This document shows positions 35,901-47,035 of a stretch of DNA of 64,000 nucleotides, piece by piece; positions within the stretch are counted from its first letter, which is position 1; every line of letters begins with the position of its first letter. The DNA lies in assembly GCF_001194135.2 (NCBI RefSeq), contig NC_068999.1, positions 41,651,066-41,715,065 of the forward strand, written 5' to 3'. Origin of the DNA: Octopus bimaculoides (lineage: Eukaryota). Position numbers and translations under genes: made by a program. The notes under the pieces were generated by a model. It did not search any database, was not told the origin of the DNA, and saw nothing but the letters and a program-made list of their open reading frames with translations.

Positions 35901-38900
35901 CTCCCTGAAAGAGTTCACTGTTAAGGATGCCATCTATGTAGTTCCAAACGCTTGTAATTATATTGATAAATCAACAGTAACAAATGTCTGGCACAGAATA
36001 TGGTCAATAACAATGTTTAATGAAAACAACCCTATAGGTAACTAGTTTGGAGGATTTTGTGTCACTAATGAGATGATGATGATATCAAAACTCATAACAT
36101 GAAAAGTTGATCTTGTGGAAGTGTAAGTGATCTAGAAGAAGCAGACATTGAAGAAATGCTAAACATTGACAGTGATGCACCTGTTGTGCATTCCTTGAAA
36201 GATGGGGAAATTGCTGAAATGATGTTAAATACGGATAAGAATGAAGACAGTAGTGACAATGACATAGAGGACACAGGTGAAAAAATTCCCATAGACAATA
36301 TAATGAAAACTTGTGATCAGTTAATGGCTGGTCTTGAACAACGTGCATTTATCAGTGAGCAATTGATTATGGGAGTTTACTCAATTAAAAAGACATTGAT
36401 TAGACAGAAACCTATGCTAATAAGACAGATGACACTTGAAGAAGTCTTTAAAAATGACCTCTCTCGTAGTGCAACTTCATCAGCTGAGAATCTGGTTTCT
36501 GACCCATCATTGGAAGTTTGCCTGCAACCTGAAGACAACGTTGGTGATACTGACAAGCCCTGTTCTACAACTTAACTGCAGTTACATATTTAGCCCAGTT
36601 TGTAGTCTTTCTTTATTCAAATTAGTGTGAATACTAATGCGTCTCTGTACAGAAATATTATGGTAATGTATATACCTGTACTTGTGGATCGTGTATTTTC
36701 GTTTTAAATTATCCCACTCTGTGTATTTTAATTCTGATCTTAATTATCTCGCTATTTCATTCACCAGTATATTACTCTATATTTTTCCCACTGTGTGTAT
36801 ATATATATATATATGTGCTTTTGCTACCATAGCAGGGCGTCTGTTTTGATGTCTAGTTTACAGTGTGGGGCAGCTGGCTTTTCTTCTGAAATTTAAAAAA
36901 AGTATAAGGCAAAGTTGTCCCTGGTGGAATTTGAACTCAGAGCATAAGGATAGATGAAATGCTGATAAACACCTCATAATAATAATATAATTAATTTCAA
37001 CCTTAAGAATGGTTGCAGGCATAGCTGTGAGCTTCGGGAGTTTGCTTCCCAACCACTTGGTTTCAGGTTCAAGAATAGTGTTTGTACTGACAGTGACTTC
37101 GAAGTTTCAGCCAATTAAGCTATGATTGGACTGTTGTACATTTGAGTACATCTTGGCTGAAAGAATACTGATCTTTTTTTAGTTAAACAACCAGTGTAGT
37201 TTGTCTTTTTGTTTAACCCATGCCAGCATGGAAGATAGATGTTTAGTGATGATAATAGGGACAATGATAAAAATTCACTTAATTTTTTCTTTTCTTTTTT
37301 GTTTCTAGTTTCCCAGGTAATCCCAAAGAAGAACCCTGTTATTATTGAAAATGTGAAGAAACGGTCTATATCATCTTTTAGTTCTGAGAAAGACGAATTT
37401 CTGAAAATCATATTTCCTCAGTCCCACAGGAGTCTCAGATGGCTTCAATCAAATAAAAAATACACTTCAAAAGATTTCATTCCATTACTGTCCAGTAGAT
37501 ATAGGCGGCATGTTCCAAAAGAAGACCTCCTTTCTCGTAAGAAACGCGATCTCTTTGATAATGTCATGTGGATGAGAATGCGAGACATCCTTGAACGTAA
37601 AGAAAACACAAACAAAGACAACTGTGCAAGCCTCACAGCAAACCAATTGCTTCTTCCAGGAGATGCCGGGTTCGGTGCCGAGAAGCAGTTTGAATCACAA
37701 GGACGTACTGCTCTGAGGCTGGCTCACTTTATTAGTAATTTTCTTCAAAATGTTGATGAGTATGAAGAATTTGGTATTCTTCGAGGTGATCGACGCTTAC
37801 ACGATACCCAGATGTATGGAGAGGTTATTGCTACTGTCATGGGTGACTTCAAGATCGTTGGTGCTGGTGTATTCTTTGACCAATACAAATACCGGATATC
37901 ACCCAGAAATAACACTGACCCACGATATGTTAATGAAGTAACACGAGAATATTTTGGTCCATTTGCTTGGAAGACTGGTGACAAAACAATTGCCAGAGTA
38001 ATTGATTTTGCTGGTTTCAAGGAGCGTTACACAAATAAGCGCTGGTTTACAGACATGAAATCTCGTTGGGCAACTAACTATCAATCACTGGAAAAATTTA
38101 TAACTCGTCCAATGATTCGGTCAGATATCAATGGATCCAGCTTGATTAGATTTGAGTATTACCCACTCACATACCATGCACCAAAATATGAAGATGGAGA
38201 ATGGTTACGTCCTGTCTTTAAGTGTGATGGCAGAGTTGATGCTTGGGTTCTCACTTATGTTGTTCCATTCTTTGGAATGAATACATTGAAGACTCAAATT
38301 GAATTTAAGTAAGTTGCCTCCTTGCTAATTAACCTACCATATTTGATGGAATATTAGATGCAGTTTTGCTAATCTTTATTGGCACTTTTACTAATCTACA
38401 GCTCATTCTTACTAGTCTATACCTATCCATAGCTCCTTACTAATCTGTAGTCCTCTTCTAGTTAATCTATAAGTATATTTTAACTAATCTTTTCACTCTC
38501 TTTCTCTTCACCTCTTCAGTTCAACCCTTGTAAATATCATTTACTAATTTTTCCACCCTTTTTTTTTCTTAATTTCAGGGGAGTTGTTACAGTTGATGTC
38601 GACATCAATTATTTGGATGTAGACCAGTGCCCTGCTGATTTTTATGTTGCCAACGCCTTCAAGAACACGGCTCGTTGTGACTATGAGAGCACATATGTAA
38701 GACATTTATTTTACGTAATGTTAGCAAATTAATATTATTAATTGCAGAATCACCATCTTTAGTATCACTGGTGCCAGCATTTGTATATATGCAGTACATA
38801 TGTTGTGTGTTTTTGTAGGTTCATTGTTATAGATGTCTCTTTTACTTGTTTCAGTCTTTTGACTGCGGCCATGCTGGAGCACCGCCTTTAGTCGAGCAAA

Positions 38901-39043
38901 TCGACTCCAGGACTTATTCTTTGTAAGCCTAGTACTTATTCTACCGGTCTCTTTTGCCGAACCGCTAAGTTACGGGGACATAAACACACCAGCATCGGTT
39001 GTCAAGCGATGTTAGAGGAACAAACACAGACACACAAACACAT

Positions 39044-39084
<41 letters not shown>

Positions 39085-40693
39085 TACGACGGGCTTCTTT
39101 CAGTTTCTGTCTACCAAATCCACTCACAAGGCTATAGTAGATGACACTTGCCCAAGATGCCACGCAGTGGAAATGAACCCGGGGCCATGTGGTTGGTAAG
39201 CAAGCTACTTACCACACAGCCACTCGTTATATTTCTGTTGAGATATTCTGATTTTACCTCAATTAATTTTGAAAATAATGAAGAATTTAGTAAAGTCATT
39301 ATTAAGCTGGTGTTAGGAACATAAATTAACAAGAAATTTAGATGGAAGTCTTTGACTTAGATCACCTGAAAACAGGAACTTTGTATTATAGAACCAGCAG
39401 GGGTGGACTCATGTGGGTTGGTATCAAAAGAGTTAACATAAGTGTATGTGTATGTTTTAGCTTCTGTGTAGTTTTTCTGTTATTTGTGATACTTTCCATC
39501 TGTGTATAAGTCTATTCCTTATATGGTAAAATCGACAAAAAGAGTTTAGAGAAGCTGCTGTGAGAGAGAGGATGTAATGCTCTGCTCTCTTTCTTGAATT
39601 TCTCTCCTGTCAACTTTTTCCTGAAGAAGAACTCAATCCGAAATGTTGGATTTTCAATTCCCCCACAGCAAGTTCACTGCACTCTTTCTGTTGATTGTAC
39701 TAAATTACATAAGTCTTTTCAACGCAAACTACATAAGTCTCTTTGGATTCTTTTCGTTATAGAGTTCTGTGTTGATACATATCTGTGAGCTTTATGAGTT
39801 TGCATTTAGATCGTTTTTGGCTGAATTGTTAAGTAGTGTTTGCTTACCAGCCATGTGGTTTTGGGTTCAGTCCTGTTGTATGGAACATTGGACAAGTGTC
39901 TTGATAGTTGCTGCCAAGACAAGTGTCTCACTTGTTGCCAGGACAACCAACTTTTTGTCTCCTTTTCATATATCATCATCATCGTTTAACGTCCGCTTTC
40001 CATGCTAGCATGGGTTGGACGATTTGACTGAGGACTGGTGAAACCGGATGGCAACACCAGGCTCCAGTCTGATTTGGCAGAGTTTCTACAGCTGGATGCC
40101 CTTCCTAACGCCAACCACTCAGAGAGTGTAGTGGGTGCTTTTACGTGTCACACGCTCGAAATGGTGTCTTTTATGTGCCACCCGCACAAGCCANNNNNNN
40201 NNNNNNNNNNNNNNNNNNNNNNNNNNNNNNNNNNNNNNNNNNNNNNNNNNNNNNNNNNNNNNNNNNNNNNNNNNNNNNNNNNNNNNNNNNNNNNNNNNNN
40301 NNNNNNNNNNNNNNNNNNNNNNNNNNNNNNNNNNNNNNNNNNNNNNNNNNNNNNNNNNNNNNNNNNNNNNNNNNNNNNNNNNNNNNNNNNNNNNNNNNNN
40401 NNNNNNNNNNNNNNNNNNNNNNNNNNNNNNNNNNNNNNNNNNNNNNNNNNNNNNNNNNNNNNNNNNNNNNNNNNNNNNNNNNNNNNNNNNNNNNNNNNNN
40501 NNNNNNNNNNNNNNNNNNNNNNNNNNNNNNNNNNNNNNNNNNNNNNNNNNNNNNNNNNNNNNNNNNNNNNNNNNNNNNNNNNNNNNNNNNNNNNNNNNNN
40601 NNNNNNNNNNNNNNNNTATCCTCATCCATTCTCACCACATGTCCATACCAGCGCAATCGTCTCTCTTGCATGCCACAACTGATGCTTCTAATA

Positions 40694-40736
<43 letters not shown>

Positions 40737-42187
40737 TAGAAGTCCTCAAGTCCTTCAAGTCAAGTTCCCATTAAAGGCCTGTGATATGCAGGAGACTGAC
40801 TGACTGGGAGAACCAGTCAAGCAGCCCTGGCATCGATCACGTTCGGATCGCTAATTATTTTTATTTGCCTTTATGATCTATTTTAGATTTCTAGTTCTTT
40901 CTAGTTCTCTATTTTGGTTTTTAAATATTTTTCGTCGGTTTTCATCAGAAACAGGTTGCACTGTGATGCAATAAGAGTTTATTCTTTCTGTTTCCAGTGT
41001 ATTCCATTGCAATCCCATTTGAAATTCAAAGAAGGTTCCTACAAATGTGAATGTAAGCAGGGCTATGAGTACCCATTTAATGACCTGCAGTGGTATTACA
41101 ACGGTCAGACGATGGTTGAAGAATACAGGAAAAAGATGAACAATGAGCCAAACAGGTAAGATCAGTATTTTTGGTACAACAAAAATTGAAACAGGTAAAA
41201 AATGTTTTGAGCTGTATGGTGTGTGTGTGTGAAATTAAATAACTGACAAGGAAACAGGAAACTAATTAATATATCTCATTAGCTTACAGACGTTTCTGCT
41301 ATAAGATGCAAATATAAATGATTCCCCAAATAAACTTGTACTTCATTTTAGAAGCTCCAGTGAAGCTATAAGGTGATGTACAAACACTTAGTTCTGACTG
41401 CATTGCATCCCACAGCAGAAACAGCTGTGAGCTAATGAAATTCATTGCATAATTTCCTTTTCTCTTATTTATTTAATTTCACATTACACTCTATGCTCAG
41501 CTAATGCTTTTCTTTGAAGCATTTGAATATTGGATTTTAATGCAAAGTTATTAACACTGCCCAAAATTCGAGCATGGCTGTTGCCAGTGCCTCCGACTGG
41601 CCCTCGTGCCAGTGGCACGCAAAAGCACCCACTACACTCTCAGAGTGGTTGGCGTTAGGAAGAGCATCCAGCAGTAGAAACTTTACTAGATCAGACTGGA
41701 GCTCAGTACAGCCTTCTGGCTTGCCAGTCCTCATTCAAACCGTCCAACCTTTGCCAGCATGGAAAGCAGACATTAAACAACGACGCATGTATATATACAC
41801 TTATACAACAGGCTTCTTTCAGTTTCCATTTACCAAATTCACTCACAAGGCATTGGTCACCTTGGAACTATCAGAGACAAGTGCCCAAGGTGCCATGCAG
41901 TGGGGTTTGAAACCAAAAACATGCAATTGGGAAGCGAGCTTCAAGGAAGTTGCTTCATCTTTTGGGATGCAGGTTATCCACCCATTTAACTTCAGGGATG
42001 AGAGGAGAGTTGTGATGTTCATGCCTTTACCATTCATGCCATCACTAACATTTACGATGTTTTTCTGCTTTATTTCTGTTTTAGGTATGATACATTGAAG
42101 TGCCGAATTGGTGGAGCTTCTTCTTTCAGAATAAGTTGGATTCTTGTAATTTTAACCATTTTGTACATAAAAATGTTTCAACTGTAG
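30992..42187 (+). CDS. Secreted or GPI-anchored protein with two tandem GPR158/GPR179-like ectodomains (Cache + Cys-rich EGF-like), no 7TM; 7 exons, about 884 aa
   Basis: Exons 30992-31974, 33717-33843, 35017-35182, 37309-38308, 38579-38696, 40998-41155, 42085-42187 are in frame (2655 nt). N-terminal signal peptide. Both halves carry the GPR158-type signature (P-x-F-x-C...W-x-V-[ST]...[GA]V-x-T-x-D-[IL]...D-x-[DN]-x-C...NTARC...C-x-P...G-x-Y-x-C-x-C-x-x-GY-x-YP). RKKR in the linker; hydrophobic C-terminal tail followed by a stop. The gene model is solid; the family call is from remembered GPR158 motifs. Confidence 0.85.
32964..33345 (+). mobile_element. SINE family A, near full length
   Basis: Head, internal (TA)/(TG) microsatellite and 3' GGTGCTCCAGCATGGCC segment. 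Confidence 0.8.
34182..34227 (-). ncRNA. Minimal type-I hammerhead ribozyme motif (second family)
   Basis: UCU-CUGAUGA-U-GGGA(uaacauuuauu)UCCC-U-GAA-ACAGCUGU-A-AGA: 8-nt palindromic stem III and GUA triplet; extra U on each side of the stem II base. Confidence 0.6.
35645..36575 (+). mobile_element. Tigger/pogo (DDE_1) transposase remnant in intron 3 of the GPR158-ectodomain gene
   Basis: KILLFLDNCSAHLP...LPPNVTSVLQ..DQGI...K..YK, then TVKDAIY...VWHRIW; several stops and frameshifts. Confidence 0.8.
38836..39225 (-). mobile_element. SINE family A, near full length
   Basis: Matches other copies, e.g. 45446-45845 (-) and 63461-63856 (-). Confidence 0.8.
39969..40690 (-). mobile_element. RTE-clade LINE 3' end, spans a gap
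   Basis: IRSISCGMQERRLRWYGHVVRMDED plus the same 3' tail as 4959-5810. Shorter tail-only copies lie at about 8912-9190, 12084-12160, 17167-17326, 22020-22241, 23935-24290, 32480-32758, 35450-35605, 41560-41785, 46170-46412 and 62014-62300. Confidence 0.85.
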
Positions 42188-42433
42188 AGCTAAGCTATAT
42201 TTTTCTCCAAAGAATATTTTTGTATAATCTGTTGCTTAGTAAATTTGTAGTATGGTTCTTTCTATTTTATTTCTCATTTGAAGAAATACCTATCAAACAC
42301 AAACATCATAGATTTAACAAGATTCTTTAAATTTTCTATTTTGTAATAATTTTTTAATTTTTTTTTTTAATCCAAAGCATCTAAAATAGCCAGGAATTTA
42401 AGTCCTTTTTCTTCCCTCAGCTATATTGATGTC

Positions 42434-42466
<33 letters not shown>

Positions 42467-43839
42467 GTCACTTTTTAATTATTTTTTTTTTTGTTCTTTA
42501 TGCCTCCATCCTTTTGAATATATTCTCCAGATCATGTTAATTCTAAGACAAGATAAAATATTCCCTTCAAATATTTTCACAAAAAAACATAGTAAAACTT
42601 CACCCACCCACACTCAGCTACCATAGTTTTAGGTCTTATTTTGTATTTGAAATGTTTTAATTCGCATTAGGTTATTATATCGTTTGTTTTTGTTTTGTTT
42701 TTTTAAATCTTACAGATTAAAAAGGAATTTTTTTCTTTACTAAATGTAGATTTTAACTTCCGATCACTGAAACAAAAACAAACAATAAAGTTGCAAATAT
42801 TCTTTAGACAAAGTCAAAAGTGCAATGTATAATATATTACATTATATTCATAGATTTTTTTTTTTTTGAACACCCATTATTTTCCTTTTAACCATTCCAA
42901 CAAAATGCGATATTCCTTGGCCAATCATTGTAAGGGAGATGATCATTACTAGCTAAATGGTGAGATCGGTTGAATTTTAATCAAAGAACAAGGTAGAAGG
43001 TGCGGAGATTATATTTAATGGTGGGATTTGTGTCTTGGGACCAAGGGAAAGGATACTTTCAGGTAAGTTGGTATTGAAAATGCTAAGTAAATATCTCAGG
43101 ATGTTAAGCTTATTGTTTATTATCATCATTTAACGTCTGTTGTCTATGCTGTCATGTGTTGGACAGTTTCACTGGGCTGGCACACTGGAAAGCACACCTT
43201 CCAGCATGGACAACGGATGTTAAATGATGATGATGATGATAAACAATAAGCAAAACAATCTGAGATATTTACTTAACGCTTTTGATACTAACTTAAATGA
43301 AAGTATACTTTCCTTTGATTTTTAAAAAAGTCTTTTCTCTGCATATTTCTTAGGAAAAGCATTTTCAGTTAATTTTGAAAGAAAAAAAAATGGAAAAATG
43401 GGTTCGGAGAAAGGAAATTTAACAAAATGGTTTTTTTGTTATTAAGCTGATATGATTGAAATAATGCCTGAAATTTTAACAAGAGGTTTTAATTTTGATA
43501 TAAACACTTAAAAAAGGTGGGAGTGTATATGTATCATTGTACCAATGAGTGTTAGAATTAATTTTGAGAATATCAAGAAATTTGGTGGGTGGGATTTAAC
43601 AAAATTTATTCATTGTTAAATTGATGTGTTTGAAACATAACTTGAAATTGTGATGGGAGTTTTCAGTTTTAATGTGAAATATTCAAAAATGGGTGGTGTA
43701 GGGCCTTTGTATCATAGGACCAGAGGGTTTTCCTCATTGGAGCCATTGCTGTGTGGTTAGCACCTTGGGCAAGAGTCTTCTATAGCCCCTGGACTGGCGA
43801 AAGCCTTGGCAAGGGGAAACTGTGTGGAAGACCATATAC

Positions 43840-43870
<31 letters not shown>

Positions 43871-44787
43871 TATACATGTGCATGTGTGTATTTGTCCTCC
43901 ACCACTGCTTCACAACTGGTGTTGGTTTGTTTATGTTTGCATAACTTAGTGGTTCAACATAAGAGGCCAACAGAATAAGCACTGGTGGTGGGTGGGGATG
44001 ATTTGCTCAACTGAAACCCTTTCAAGGTAGTGCTCCAGCATGGTCATGATTCAGTTATTGAAATAAGTAAAAAAAAAAAAGTACCAAACTACAGGTCGAT
44101 TCCTGTATTTAAAAAGTATTGCAAAATGGGTCTTTGGAAAATTAATCATTTTTGCCATAGACACCCTCTCCTGTTGGCATCTTTAACATATTTCATCCGA
44201 CCTCCTCTCTTTAGACCTTGTACAGAACAATAAAACTAACAGGTCGATGCTATAGACTTGGCCAGGTCATTATCAACCCACTTCATCTTTGTATCAATTA
44301 TATATTTCTTTGAAAGAAATTCAGATATTATATAAATTTTGTTACTACCTCCTTTTAGCTCTTTTGTCACCATATTCCTGTTGAAATAAACTGTTTTTAC
44401 TTCAATTAATTTTGAAATTAAAGAAGACTTTATGAAAATAATTCTCACGTTATTAAGCTAGTTTGGGAAATATAAATTCATGATATTTCAATGAAAGGTT
44501 TTAATGCAAAGCATTTTGAATAGGAATTTGTATCATAAGACCAGAGATGGTCTCAGTCTGGTATCAAATATGAGGTTTATATGATAAAATAAAAAAATTA
44601 AATTTCAATTAAAATTAACAAAACAAAAAAAATTTTAATTTCTTATTAGAAATTCTGATTAATTTTTTTTAAACATTCACTTTTGTGAAATGTAGACTTG
44701 TCATTGTGGTTTTTCTTTTTATATTGTTCTGTCTAAATTTGTACATAACTATAGACATATATATACATGTATGTGTATATATATTTA

Positions 44788-44824
<37 letters not shown>

Positions 44825-47035
44825 CACACATGAACACATAGATATATAAAAATGAAACATTTGAAAAAAGTATCTTTGTAAGATTTTGTAATAAAATATT
44901 TTATATTTTATTGTTGTATTTGTTATGATTATTGCAATATATATCATCATCATCTTCATTTAACGTCCGTTGGGTTGGACGGTTTGACTGAGCTGTACGA
45001 GGCTCCAGTCTGATTTGGAATGGTTTTCTACAGCTGGATGTCCTTCCTAACGTCAACCACTCTGAGAATGTAATGGGTGCTTTTTATGTGCCACCAGCAT
45101 GGGTGCCATTTGCGTGACACTGGTATCTGCCATGACTGCAATATTGCTCGGCTTGATGGGTCTTCTTCTCAAGCACAACATAATGCCAAAGGCCTTGGTC
45201 ATTGCCTGCTTTGATAAGAGATTTTTCAGGACAAGAGTTGGCAAATGTCTGGAATTTTCATGAGCTGCTTATAACATTTTTTTTGGTATTTAAAAGTCAA
45301 TCAAAGAGGTCCAAAGGTGAGAAAAGATAACCACACAGATTGCATATCCAATTTAGACCACCAAGAACTGCAGATATATACAAGGCGACTCAGTGAACAA
45401 GAAAAATAACATATCTATACATTTTGTATTATTAAAGTCAATTATACTCTTTTACTCGTTTCAGTCATTTGACTGCGGTCATGCTGGAGCACCGCTTTTA
45501 GTCGAGCAAATCGACCCCAGGACTTATTCTTTGTAAGCCTAGTACTTATTCTGTTGTTTTTGTTTGTTTTTACTGAACCACTAAGTTACGGGAACGTAAA
45601 CACAGCAACGTTGGTTGTCAAGCAATGGTAGTGGGGACAAACACAGACACACAAATATATATATATATATATATGACAGGCTTCTTTCAGTTTCCATCTA
45701 CCAAATTCACTCACAAGGCTATAGTAGAAGACACTTGTCCAAGGTGCCATGCAGTGGGACTGAACCTGGAACCATGTGGTTGGAAAACAAGCTTCTTACC
45801 ACACAGCCATTCCTGCGCCTATATTCACACAGCCACTCCTGCACCTATATAGCTACTCCTACTTAAGTTAAATGTGTCTGACATACGTTTCTGCTACACT
45901 GATATCTCACAATGTGGTTTCCATTTGCATCCAGTTTGTTCATCTGTGGCTTTATTCAAGGAGATCGCTTCAAAGGACAGCAGTGTGCAACACCTTAAAT
46001 AAAGCTACACACATATACACGTGAGGGCATGTGGCCTAGTGGTTAGTGTGTTTTGCACTCGTGACCCAGAGAGAGTGACTTTGATTCCCAGACTGGGCAG
46101 TGTGTTGTGTTTTTGAGGAAAATACTTCATCTCATGTGCTGTCAAGACAAGGAGACACAAATATGCACACATGGTGGCATGTAAAAGCACCACCCAAACG
46201 TGGTCAATACCAGCCCCATCTGGCCCCTGTGCCAGTGGCACGTAAAAAACACCCACTACACTCTGAGAATGGTTGGCATTAGGAAGGGCATGCAGCTGTA
46301 GAAACACTGTCAGATCAGATTGGAGCCTGGTTCAAACTTCCTGGCTTCTCAGACTCCCCGTTGAACTGTCCAACCCATGCTAGCATGGAAAACAGACGTT
46401 AAACGATGATTATGATATATACGAAGGGCTTCTTTCAATAGTCATCTTCCAAATCCACTCACAAAACTTTGGTCAACCCAGGGCTATAATAGAAGACACT
46501 TGCCCAAGGTGTCATGAAGGTGAGACTAAATCCAAAATTAGGTTGCAAAGTGAATCACTCAAACACAGTCATACCTATATTTTTTTACGTCAAGATTTGT
46601 ATGGATTCTGTCAACCAAATTCATTCACCAAGCCTTGGTTGACCCTGGGCTATAGTAGAAGAAATTTGTGGCACTTTGAACTGAAAACCAAGTGGTTGCA
46701 AAAGACAAACTTCTTAACCTTACAGCCAAACTTGTACCAACACATTACACTGTTGGAGAACCAGTGGGACATACCCTTAAATTATCACACAAAGAAACAA
46801 TTATTTTAATAAATTTTCATTTTTAATAAATTGCTTTTACACTGTTTCCGTTTGTTTTTTGTTTTTTTTTGTTTTTTATATTTGTTAAAGACCCCTGAAG
46901 GAGGCAGTACCCCTAACAAACATAATAACCTTCTTTAAAATCACAGGACTCAGTTTCTTCAGCTAGAGTAAAAAAAAAAAATAAAAAAAAAGAATCTAAA
47001 GGTCCACAGGTCTTTATAGCAGTTTCCCTTGAGAA

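Noticed and set aside
37317-37317. Alternative acceptor (cccAG) for exon 4 of the GPR158-ectodomain gene
   Set aside because: It is phase 0, but the preceding exon ends in phase 1; only the acceptor before 37309 keeps the frame.
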